Positions 1 to 7,869 of a stretch of DNA of 16,970 bases are shown here, piece by piece; position 1 is the stretch's first letter, and each line of letters starts with the position of its first letter. The DNA comes from Candidatus Hermodarchaeota archaeon (GTDB lineage Archaea > Asgardarchaeota > Lokiarchaeia > Sigyniarchaeales > SOKP01). Under the pieces are notes generated by a model. The model worked only from the letters and a program-made list of their open reading frames with translations, was not told where the DNA came from and searched no databases. Where the stretch lies: contig JBHLLG010000058.1 of NCBI GenBank assembly GCA_048885925.1, positions 1-16,970 on the forward strand, given 5' to 3'. A program made the translations under genes and the position numbers.

Positions 1-1031
1 AAATCAGCTATTGTAGAAAAAGCGTAATTTACATTTTCTCCTTTTAGGGCGGAAGTTTCAATATACCCTAAATTTAATTCAGTTGCTAATTTTTGAATCA
101 TATCACTAGTTATTGTTCTTTGTCGTTTTAAATCAGATTTATTTCCGATGATAAATCCTATTAGTTCTTCTGATCGATCTTTTAGTTGATTGATTACATC
201 TGAGTACCATTTTGGGATAGTATTAAAAGTCTCAGTTCTTGTCATATCAAATACTAAGAAAACCGCATCTGACCCACGGTAAAATTGTTGTCTCATTGTC
301 TCGAACTTAACTTGGCCTCCGATGTCCCATAATGTTAATTGTATTACGGAGTCTTCAATTTTGAATATCTTGTCGCTGACCATTACTCCTAAGGTGGGTA
401 CGTAATTTCTTTTAAATGCATTATTAGTGTATCTTAATATTAATGAAGTTTTGCCAACATTTGGATCTCCAACTATGATTATTTTAAATTGGTAATCAAG
501 TAAACTCCGATCTCTTTTAGCTTCTGGGAACTCCTCTATTTGTTGCTGTTGAAATTCCTGCTGTTTTAATTCTTCTAGAAGAGTGGAAATATTGGAATTA
601 AGATTTTGAAGTAGATCAACAAAATCTTCTCTATGTGCTCTTGATTTTTCTAAATTTATGATTTCTTTAGATGTATTATTAAAAGTAATTGATAAATCAT
701 TCATATATTTATAAAATATTACATCATATGCTTCTTCGAATAATAATACAATAGCAGATTGACCAATTTCTCCTCTTCTTGAAGGATCTTTCCATTTAAG
801 ATATTTAATGAGTCCTTTTAAACTCATGGAAGGAAAAGGGAGTATGACTAAAGATTCTGGGATAAGTCCTTGTTCTCCTGTTAAAACAGTTAAAGCTTTT
901 ATACTAATATGAAGCAGATCCATCTGCGAAAATCTAGAAGTAAGCCAAGCTACTGGATTTGGTCCAAGTTCATCACTCATTTCTACATAAACGATCCCTG
1001 AGATTAATTCTTTTTCTATAGAACTCACCAT
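1..1031 (-). CDS. N-terminal longin/uDENN-like domain fused to a Rab/Ras-like small GTPase (3' end truncated by window edge)
   Basis: Not in the ORF track. Hand translation from ATG at 1031 is open to the window edge (343 codons): MVSSIEKELISGIVYVEMSDELGPNPVAW...ILPFPS...WKDPSRRGEIGQSAIVLLF...LKQQEFQQQQIEE...YQFKIIIVGDPNVGKTS (G1), YVPTLG (G2), LWDIGGQ (G3), FYRGSDAVFLVFD, IGNKSD (G4), ETSALKGENV (G5). The GTPase call is firm; the longin-like call for residues ~8-150 is inferred from pattern. Confidence 0.92.
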   Translation of the reverse strand, partial: MVSSIEKELISGIVYVEMSDELGPNPVAWLTSRFSQMDLLHISIKALTVLTGEQGLIPESLVILPFPSMSLKGLIKYLKWKDPSRRGEIGQSAIVLLFEEAYDVIFYKYMNDLSITFNNTSKEIINLEKSRAHREDFVDLLQNLNSNISTLLEELKQQEFQQQQIEEFPEAKRDRSLLDYQFKIIIVGDPNVGKTSLILRYTNNAFKRNYVPTLGVMVSDKIFKIEDSVIQLTLWDIGGQVKFETMRQQFYRGSDAVFLVFDMTRTETFNTIPKWYSDVINQLKDRSEELIGFIIGNKSDLKRQRTITSDMIQKLATELNLGYIETSALKGENVNYAFSTIAD

Positions 1032-1113
1032 TATAAAACTAACAAAAACTTAAAGAGCAAAATTTTAGCTATTATCTAATAATATAATTTTTTTATATTA
1101 AATATTGTTTGTT

Positions 1114-1123
1114 AAAAAAAAAA
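1114..1123 (-). terminator. Possible archaeal oligo(T) terminator after the 7-TM gene
   Basis: T10 run on the minus strand about 15 nt after the stop at 1138. Weak evidence in such AT-rich DNA. Confidence 0.3.
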
Positions 1124-1137
1124 GAGTTAAAAAATTT

Positions 1138-1845
1138 TTATTTTAATCCTACGTACATAAACCAAAAGCTACTTAGATACCCAATTCTAACTAAAATTAC
1201 CATAATTCCTGGAGCAGTTAATCCTTCTAACAAACCAAATATACAAAAACAAATCGACCCTATAGATAGGAAAAAGAAATTCTTACGTATAACTCCTGAG
1301 GATTGAAAGCCTTTATATAAAAACCCAAGACCCAGGAAAATTAAAACTGTTATTAACATAATCCCCATCAAAATTCCGGCAAGAGTCATTAAACTCACAT
1401 TGTAATCAATTAAATTTTCACTAGGCGGTGTTGGTGGTAATGGAACAAAATTAAAAGAACCTCTAGGATCTATAAATATTACTATTTCAAAGAATATGGT
1501 TAGGATCAAAAAAATAATGACAATGTATTTTTTCATTTTGGGTGCTAATAGTTCAGCACCAATATACATAGAGGTTATAATTACAGGAGCAAACCAAATA
1601 TATGACAAAATGCCAACAATCCCATTATTTACAATATTCTCTTGAAGAAATATTACAAATAGAAAATCTGTGAATACTCCTAAAAACATAAGACCTGCAA
1701 GTATATTAGCCAATCCTAAATATGTAAGCAATTCAGCTTGGATTTTTCTCGAATTGTAAATAAAGAATAAGCCAAAGATTATACCAAAAATTACTACACC
1801 TGAAGCTGTGATTCCGTCAATCCAACCATTAATATCTAATGCCAA
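1138..1845 (-). CDS. Seven-transmembrane membrane protein of unknown function (resembles a stand-alone 7TM sensor-like module)
   Basis: 235 aa, TTG start preceded by a GGGGGT purine tract, with an in-frame stop just upstream. Seven hydrophobic segments by eye, basic short loops (SRKIQ, PKMKK, VIRKN) and one Pro-rich loop (VPLPPTPPS). No soluble output domain. Confidence 0.8.
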   Translation of the reverse strand: MALDINGWIDGITASGVVIFGIIFGLFFIYNSRKIQAELLTYLGLANILAGLMFLGVFTDFLFVIFLQENIVNNGIVGILSYIWFAPVIITSMYIGAELLAPKMKKYIVIIFLILTIFFEIVIFIDPRGSFNFVPLPPTPPSENLIDYNVSLMTLAGILMGIMLITVLIFLGLGFLYKGFQSSGVIRKNFFFLSIGSICFCIFGLLEGLTAPGIMVILVRIGYLSSFWFMYVGLK

Positions 1846-1945
1846 GATTAAATTTTACCCCCATTTCTATTTTCATTTATTGGAAGAAAAGTCATTTTTT
1901 TTAAATTATTATATAATCATTTATTCTAATAAATAATAGCTTTAG

Positions 1946-2049
1946 TGGGAAAGGGGGGATTTGAACCCCCGACCATTACCAATTTGCTCCGAATGGAAGC
2001 AAAATCTTGGTCCCGGACCAAGTATCATACCAAACTAGACAACCTTCCC
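1946..2049 (-). tRNA. tRNA-Pro(CGG) with a 30-nt intron at non-canonical position 43/44
   Basis: Reverse complement folds as acceptor GGGAAGG/CTTTCCC + discriminator A, Pro-type D arm GTCTAGTTTGGTATGAT, anticodon stem CTTGG/CCAAG with loop TC-CGG-GA (anticodon at 2015-2013), T arm GGGGG-TTCAAAT-CCCCC. Removing 1976..2005 leaves a standard 5-nt variable loop TGGTC and a 74-nt tRNA. CCA is not encoded. Confidence 0.9.
1976..2005 (-). other. tRNA intron (30 nt) with a relaxed bulge-helix-bulge splice motif
   Basis: Intron ATTTTGCTTCCATTCGGAGCAAATTGGTAA: internal hairpin TTTGCT..AGCAAA, central 4-bp helix ACCA/TGGT and 3-nt bulges AG^A and AA^T. Cleavage after the second bulge base gives exactly these boundaries. 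Confidence 0.75.
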
Positions 2050-2149
2050 TTGATACATGATTTAATCTAAAAATAGTAACTTGGATTTAAAAAAATATTC
2101 TTTTTTTAAGATTTTTAGGGTAAAAAACTATAAATATTATTAACTTTTG

Positions 2150-2425
2150 TTAATCTTTAACTTTCTCTAAGATTGATATAATTCGATAAATAGTTGTGCG
2201 ACTATGAAATGGTACATTTGGATCTTGCGCCACATCTTCCACCATATACATTACATTACTGGCAAGGACTCCTGGAGTTTCATCTTCTCTATGCAATTCA
2301 TTAATGCCTCTTTGAGCAATCCGTTTTATATTTCTGGGAACACTCCTGTCATTTATCATTCCATTCAGAAGATATTCAACATTTTCAAAAGATTTTTTTT
2401 CTTCATCAGTTATAGCTCTTGGCAT
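2150..2425 (-). CDS. UPF0147 family protein (conserved archaeal)
   Basis: Family-typical DRSVPRNIKR and QDPNVPFHSRTTIYRIISILE motifs. ATG at 2425 preferred to the GTG at 2437. Confidence 0.88.
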   Translation of the reverse strand: MPRAITDEEKKSFENVEYLLNGMINDRSVPRNIKRIAQRGINELHREDETPGVLASNVMYMVEDVAQDPNVPFHSRTTIYRIISILEKVKD

Positions 2426-2518
2426 TGAAAATATCACCAGAAAGTATTTTGTAGGGATAAAAAGTATAAGAAGTAAAATAATTTTTAAAATTTAATTTTT
2501 TTGATTTTGAGAAAAGAA

Positions 2519-5431
2519 TTAATATATCCCAAATTCCCGAATTTCTTGTTTAAGCTCTGGAACATTTTCTCCGATCTCTTTAATTCTATTTTGATAATTA
2601 GTGAAAAAATCTTGAAATTGCTCATTTTTTCCTTGATTAATTTTTTTTACAAAATCATAAGACATTTGTTGGATTGTGTCAAATATTTGATTAAAATTTT
2701 CAGTAGAACTTAATAGTTTTTGATTTACTATTTTACCTTGTTTCCTTACCATATTTCGAAGTTTTCCACGAGGAATCCGTATTTTTTCTAATAAATTATC
2801 ACATTCATGGAGAAAATCATAAGATTGGGCTTTATTATTATCATCTAATTTTGCTTCAATTATTTCAGTTCTCCATGTGTTAATTCTTCCGCTTGCAAAG
2901 GTGTCAAAATTTAAGGAAATGGAGTCTATTCCTTCTCGTACTAAAAATCTTAGAAAATCGGGATCATCACTAGGTGCTTGACCACAAATTCCTACTTTTT
3001 TACTAAATTCATGGGCAGTTTTTATTAAGTGGCTAACAGATCTCCTAATTGCTTCACTATTAGTTGTATAAGCATATTCTTTAGCTATCGGAAGTAGTCT
3101 TGCTTCATCCCTGTCAACTCCAAATGTCAATTGAGTCAAGTCATTCGAACCTATTGAAAATCCATCAAAATATTTACAAAATGTATCTGCACAAATAATA
3201 TTTGAAGGAATTTCAGCCATTACATAGACTTTTAAATCATCTTCTCCGCGAATTAGTCCTTCACTCTCCATAATTTGTATTATTTCTCTCCCCTCTTCTG
3301 GAGAACGACAGAAGGGAACCATTGGGACAATATTTTTTAATCCCCAATCACGAGCTTTTTTAATTGCTCTTAATTCTAACATAAATGCATTTTGAAAGTC
3401 ATTAGAAACATATCGAGAAGCTCCTCGGAATCCCATCATTGGATTGTGTTCTTCTTCTTCATAAATCCATCCTCCAATTAAATTAGCATATTCATTAGTC
3501 TTAAAATCTGACAATCTTACTACACATTCAGCAATAATCCCATCTTTTAATTCTTTCCATACCCCCGCTGCGATAGTTGCTATCCCTTCTGCTAATTTCT
3601 CAATATAGAATTGCTCTTTATTATCATAACCTATAGTTAAAATTCTAATTTTGTCAAGAGTTTTTTTTAATTTTAAAATTTGTTGATTAAATGGATCTTT
3701 ATGGTAGAGATCACTTTTTTTGATATTTTCTATCCTTTTCCGTTGTTCTAATAAGATATCATATCTCATAATCAAAGCTTCAAAATCTATTAGAGCATTA
3801 GGATGAATCTGGATCTCGTCATTTATAATAAACTCTAATCTTGCTAGACCCGTTCCATCAGGATATTTTCCTGAAGATAAAGCTCCTTTAGGAATTCCTA
3901 AATTCACTAATACTTTTGTTCTTGTCGATGGCAATTTTGCGAATTCAATCGTATCAAAATCATATTCTACATCTTTTAACCATATTCTTGGCTCACCTTC
4001 ACTACAATCAATAGTAACATATTCAATCCCATCACGTTGTTTTTCTTTCATTGCTTGAATAATATTATCAGCTCCAACAATAGAAGCTATATTCAATTCT
4101 CTTGATACAATCGCAGCATGACAAGTAGGACCTCCTCTTTCTGTAATTACACCACCTAAGTTTTGCATATACGAAGTCCAATCTGGATTAGTCTCTTCAG
4201 TTATCAGAATATCTCCTTCCCTGAGTAAATGAGCATCGTTTATATTTTCTATTATTTTAATTTTTCCATATCCAATTCTACGTCCAATAGCTATCCCTGA
4301 ATTTTCAATTAATATCCCCTCTTTAACTAAGCTGTTTGGATCTTCAAGAAGGTAAAAAATTTCTTCGACATCACCCTTGATACTATGCACTGTTTCAGGA
4401 CGAGCTTGTACGATATATACTTTTCCGTCGTTACTAACTGCCCACTCAATATCCATCCTCCGCCCATAATGTTCGCGAATTTTTTGGGCATAATTAGCTA
4501 ATGTTATAACTTCATCATCAGACAAACAATACTTCATTTGGTGATCTAGAGGTACATGAACTACCTCAGTTCCAATCTTACCAGTTCCTTTTAAAAATAC
4601 CATCATCTTCTCTTTTTTAACTAATTCACGACGAATAATCCTAAGTCCTCTTGGATCATGCTTAAATACAAGAAATTCATCTCCTTTTTCTACTCCTTGG
4701 ACAATTAATTCTCCAAGACCCCATGTACCCCTAATAGCTACAACATTCAAATTTCCACTATCGGGATCTTCAGTAAACATAACACCAGAAGATTTAACAC
4801 CTCCAAGTCCACCTGCCATTTCTTGCACTCCTACACTAAGTTTTACGGCAAAGTGATCAAAACCTGCTCGTTCTCTATACATCGTTGCTCGTGTTGTAAA
4901 TACTGATGCCATATCTTTCAAGATATATTCCAATATTTGCTTTTCTCCCGCTATATTCAGGTGAGTATCTTGTTGGCCTGCAAAAGAGGCATCAGGTAGA
5001 TCCTCTGCTGTAGCAGAGCTTCTGACTGCGAAGGTGGTTTCTTCACCAATTTTTTCTAATAACTTATTATATGCATCTAATATCTCATCAGCAAGAGAAT
5101 CAGGAATTTTTGCTTGTTCAATAATATAACGGATGTTTGCACAGATTTTATCAACTTTCTCAACAGCTTTAATATCCTCGGATTTTAACTCATTAGATAT
5201 TCTTTTAATGTCTTGAGCAATTAATTCTCTAAGTGATATTTCTTTTTCCTTAATGGTAAAGTAATTTGTGTCTAAAATGTAATCAAATGCGTTTGCAGTT
5301 ACAGCAAAACCAAGAGGAACAACTATTCCAAAGCTTAATAGCTCTCCTAAAGAAGCATTCTTACCTCCAACGAGAGCTAAATCATTAACTCTCAAATCTT
5401 CAAAGAACTTGATATATCTATATTCATTCAT
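2519..5431 (-). CDS. ppsA: Phosphoenolpyruvate synthase (pyruvate, water dikinase) with extra helical insertion and C-terminal extension
   Basis: VGGKNASLGEL, AVRSSATAEDLPDASFAGQQDT, DIEWA, IVQARPETVHS, phospho-His motif GGPTCHAAIVSRE, GLARLEFII, NPMMGFRGASRY, FSIGSNDLTQL, GICGQAPSD. Confidence 0.97.
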   Translation of the reverse strand: MNEYRYIKFFEDLRVNDLALVGGKNASLGELLSFGIVVPLGFAVTANAFDYILDTNYFTIKEKEISLRELIAQDIKRISNELKSEDIKAVEKVDKICANIRYIIEQAKIPDSLADEILDAYNKLLEKIGEETTFAVRSSATAEDLPDASFAGQQDTHLNIAGEKQILEYILKDMASVFTTRATMYRERAGFDHFAVKLSVGVQEMAGGLGGVKSSGVMFTEDPDSGNLNVVAIRGTWGLGELIVQGVEKGDEFLVFKHDPRGLRIIRRELVKKEKMMVFLKGTGKIGTEVVHVPLDHQMKYCLSDDEVITLANYAQKIREHYGRRMDIEWAVSNDGKVYIVQARPETVHSIKGDVEEIFYLLEDPNSLVKEGILIENSGIAIGRRIGYGKIKIIENINDAHLLREGDILITEETNPDWTSYMQNLGGVITERGGPTCHAAIVSRELNIASIVGADNIIQAMKEKQRDGIEYVTIDCSEGEPRIWLKDVEYDFDTIEFAKLPSTRTKVLVNLGIPKGALSSGKYPDGTGLARLEFIINDEIQIHPNALIDFEALIMRYDILLEQRKRIENIKKSDLYHKDPFNQQILKLKKTLDKIRILTIGYDNKEQFYIEKLAEGIATIAAGVWKELKDGIIAECVVRLSDFKTNEYANLIGGWIYEEEEHNPMMGFRGASRYVSNDFQNAFMLELRAIKKARDWGLKNIVPMVPFCRSPEEGREIIQIMESEGLIRGEDDLKVYVMAEIPSNIICADTFCKYFDGFSIGSNDLTQLTFGVDRDEARLLPIAKEYAYTTNSEAIRRSVSHLIKTAHEFSKKVGICGQAPSDDPDFLRFLVREGIDSISLNFDTFASGRINTWRTEIIEAKLDDNNKAQSYDFLHECDNLLEKIRIPRGKLRNMVRKQGKIVNQKLLSSTENFNQIFDTIQQMSYDFVKKINQGKNEQFQDFFTNYQNRIKEIGENVPELKQEIREFGIY

Positions 5432-5543
5432 TTTAAAGTGAAACGGTTAAACGTAAATTATACTTAGAATTTTTCTAAATAATAATTATTATTCTTCTGA
5501 TTATAAATTAAACGTTAATAAAAAAAGTAACCCCATCCTTTAA

Positions 5544-6071
5544 TTAATTTAACTCGTTATCGAAAACAGCATAATCAGAAGTCGTAAATAGACAAAAAAT
5601 TACTTTTTTAATTTGGGTGTCCCCTTGTAAGTATTCTTTTGTTGTATTAATCATTATTTTAGCACAGCGATCAATGGGATATCCAAAAATTCCTGTTGAT
5701 ATAGCTGGAAATGCGATAGATTTAAGCTTTTTTTCATCCATTATTTTTAAACTATTAAGTGTTGCATTCCTTAGTTTGTTATCTTCATTTCCTTCTCCCA
5801 TTCTTGGACCTACTGCATGAATTACATATTTAGCTTTAAGATTTCCTCCAGTTGTTATAACAGCACCTCCAACAAAAGTACCTCCTATTTTATTACATTC
5901 TTCTTGAATTTTTTGACCTCCTTTTTTTCTGATAGCACCAGCCACACCCCCTCCTAATATGAGTTGAGCATTAGCAGCATTTACAATAACATCTGTGTCT
6001 AATTCCGTTATATCTCCTTGAACTAATTTAATTATTGATTCTTTTATCTTCAGTTCTTTCATTTTTAACAT
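5544..6071 (-). CDS. Macrodomain protein (MacroD/YmdB/AF1521-like ADP-ribose binding or hydrolase)
   Basis: QGDIT, DVIVNAAN, GGGVAGAI, VIHAVGP, SIAFPAISTGIFGYP. Confidence 0.95.
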   Translation of the reverse strand: MLKMKELKIKESIIKLVQGDITELDTDVIVNAANAQLILGGGVAGAIRKKGGQKIQEECNKIGGTFVGGAVITTGGNLKAKYVIHAVGPRMGEGNEDNKLRNATLNSLKIMDEKKLKSIAFPAISTGIFGYPIDRCAKIMINTTKEYLQGDTQIKKVIFCLFTTSDYAVFDNELN

Positions 6072-6121
6072 CTACTCAAAAGTTTTATTAATAAAAGTTA
6101 AAAAAGAAAAATTAGCTAAAT

Positions 6122-6841
6122 TTATTCTTCAACACGGCTCTTTTTAAAAATTTCATTTAATTTTTCGCGATCTTCTTCACTCATTTTACTCATAGCTTCC
6201 ATGTTTTGCCTCATTAAATCCATCATAATTTTCTGAGAAATCATTTGATTTAATACAGGTAAGGCAATCCTCATTCGAGTTAGTTCATAGTGCATTGTCT
6301 TTGCAGTTTCTCGCATCTCTTTCAAATCTTCCTTCGTCATTCCTTCTTCACCTATACCAGGGCAATCCGCATCAACAACGATAAAATTCTTTCCATCGAA
6401 TTCTAAAGGATATGTACGACAACTTAATGGACGGTTATCATATACCAAACATTTCTTATCATCTTTATTATAGAGCGGACATTTTACATCAAGTAATTCT
6501 TCGATAGGGACACTTACAAAAGGATCTTTTGGAGTTTTTTCTTCTCCTTCTTTTTCTTCTTTGGGAGGTGGTGCTAATGGTTTTAAGATGAGATCAATAC
6601 CTCCATCAGGTTTGTTATATATATCTAAATAGGGCATAAAGTTAGCGATAACTCCACTTCTTGCCCACATCTCTAAATCCCAAAAAGTTATAGGGATTGG
6701 ACCTCTTTTAGCACAGCAATTGTCGCAACGTGTACATTTAAATGAAAATTTTGCCTTTGATTTTTCTTCTGATGTTTCCTTTTCTTCTTTTTCAATATCT
6801 TGAGTATTGGGACTTTGATTCTCTTCACTATCTTCTGGCAT
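6122..6841 (-). CDS. YkgJ/UPF0153 family CxxCxxCC cysteine-cluster protein
   Basis: FKCTRCDNCC, CPLY...CLVYDNRPLSCRTYP and a final CPG. Acidic N-terminus and Met-rich helical C-terminus. Confidence 0.9.
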   Translation of the reverse strand: MPEDSEENQSPNTQDIEKEEKETSEEKSKAKFSFKCTRCDNCCAKRGPIPITFWDLEMWARSGVIANFMPYLDIYNKPDGGIDLILKPLAPPPKEEKEGEEKTPKDPFVSVPIEELLDVKCPLYNKDDKKCLVYDNRPLSCRTYPLEFDGKNFIVVDADCPGIGEEGMTKEDLKEMRETAKTMHYELTRMRIALPVLNQMISQKIMMDLMRQNMEAMSKMSEEDREKLNEIFKKSRVEE

Positions 6842-6960
6842 GATAAGGTTCTCTTTATTTAAATATTTTAAATATTATTATATTTGATTGTTATTAGAAA
6901 GAAGAATATAACCTAGAAAAAAAATTTTATTTTTGTTTAAAATAAATTAATATGAAATTT

Positions 6961-7560
6961 TTAAGATATTATAAACAAGTCATTATTATTTAACAACCAA
7001 CCAAGAGTTTTTAGTGCTGGTTCTATTAATTTTTCTTCTCTGATTCCAGTAAGTACTATTTTACCATTACTAAATATTAGAAAAACAGATTTAATTGGAT
7101 TATTTAATTTAAATGTTAATCCAGGAAAAACTTCTGGCTCAAAAATCGTATTTTCAAGTACAGTTGCAGCTAAATCTAAATTAATTTTTCTGAAAAAATC
7201 TGCGGTTATAACTATATTTACTATTTCTGGAATTATTAAACTTGTATTTATATAAATTCCACAATTTTCATGTAATTTCATAGATAATCTCATTAAACTT
7301 AAATTCACATGCTCAAATGATTTTAATCCAGTCATTATAATTTTACTATTTCTAAAAATGATAAATACGCATTTTGGATGCTTAAATCTTATAAAAAGCC
7401 CTGGAAAACGTTCTGGGTTATATTCTGTATCTATTAATTTATCACGTATTTTATTTAAATCAAGCTTTCCTTCGATATTTAAAGAGGTTTTTACAACGAT
7501 ATTCTCAATAGTATATGTTAAACTTTTAATTTCATCTTTTGATTTTATATCAAGATCCAT
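6961..7560 (-). CDS. tbp: TATA-box binding protein (probably a divergent paralogue)
   Basis: Two TBP repeats: IENIVV...YNPERFPGL...IFRNSKIIMTG and IVNIVI...FEPEVFPGL...LIFSNGKIVLTG. Confidence 0.93.
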   Translation of the reverse strand: MDLDIKSKDEIKSLTYTIENIVVKTSLNIEGKLDLNKIRDKLIDTEYNPERFPGLFIRFKHPKCVFIIFRNSKIIMTGLKSFEHVNLSLMRLSMKLHENCGIYINTSLIIPEIVNIVITADFFRKINLDLAATVLENTIFEPEVFPGLTFKLNNPIKSVFLIFSNGKIVLTGIREEKLIEPALKTLGWLLNNNDLFIIS

Positions 7561-7869
7561 TAATGGACTCCAATTTTTTTGTTAGTTAAAGCTTTTTCTT
7601 AAATTATTAAGGTCGCATTCTATTTAACTCTACTTTTTCATTTTTACTTAAATTTTGATAATCAAAAAGCGCTTATAGATTAAATTTTATTTTAATGTTT
7701 AAAAACTGTCGAAATAATTTAGAAAAGATAAGATAAAAATCCCTATTAAATACAATATACAATATTATAAAAAATAAAATTAATGCAAAATATTTTTAAA
7801 TCTCTGTAATAAACAATTTTAATCAAGTTTAATTTGCACTTTTATATTTAAAATATAATTAAAGTTATT

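Noticed and set aside
1109-1306. 65-aa plus-strand ORF
   Set aside because: Antisense shadow of the 7-TM gene with no recognisable motifs.
1138-1845. Rhodopsin or true GPCR
   Set aside because: No retinal-binding Lys motif in TM7 and no DRY or NPxxY motifs; only the helix count matches.
1946-2049. tRNA-Sec or other long-variable-arm tRNA
   Set aside because: Anticodon is CGG, the acceptor stem is a normal 7 bp, the D arm is Pro-type, and the extra 30 nt fit intron splice geometry.
1900-2100. tRNA as an integration site for a mobile element
   Set aside because: No duplicated tRNA 3' end, integrase or transposase in the window.
2204-2713. Plus-strand ORFs 2204..2428 and 2501..2713
   Set aside because: Antisense to the UPF0147 gene and the ppsA 3' end; composition is typical of shadow frames.
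2519-5431. Intein as the cause of the long PpsA
   Set aside because: No intein splice-junction (C/S...HN-C/S/T) or LAGLIDADG motifs; the extra length is a short insertion plus a C-terminal tail.
5617-7585. Plus-strand ORFs 5617..5820 and 7358..7585
   Set aside because: Antisense to the well-supported macrodomain and TBP genes.
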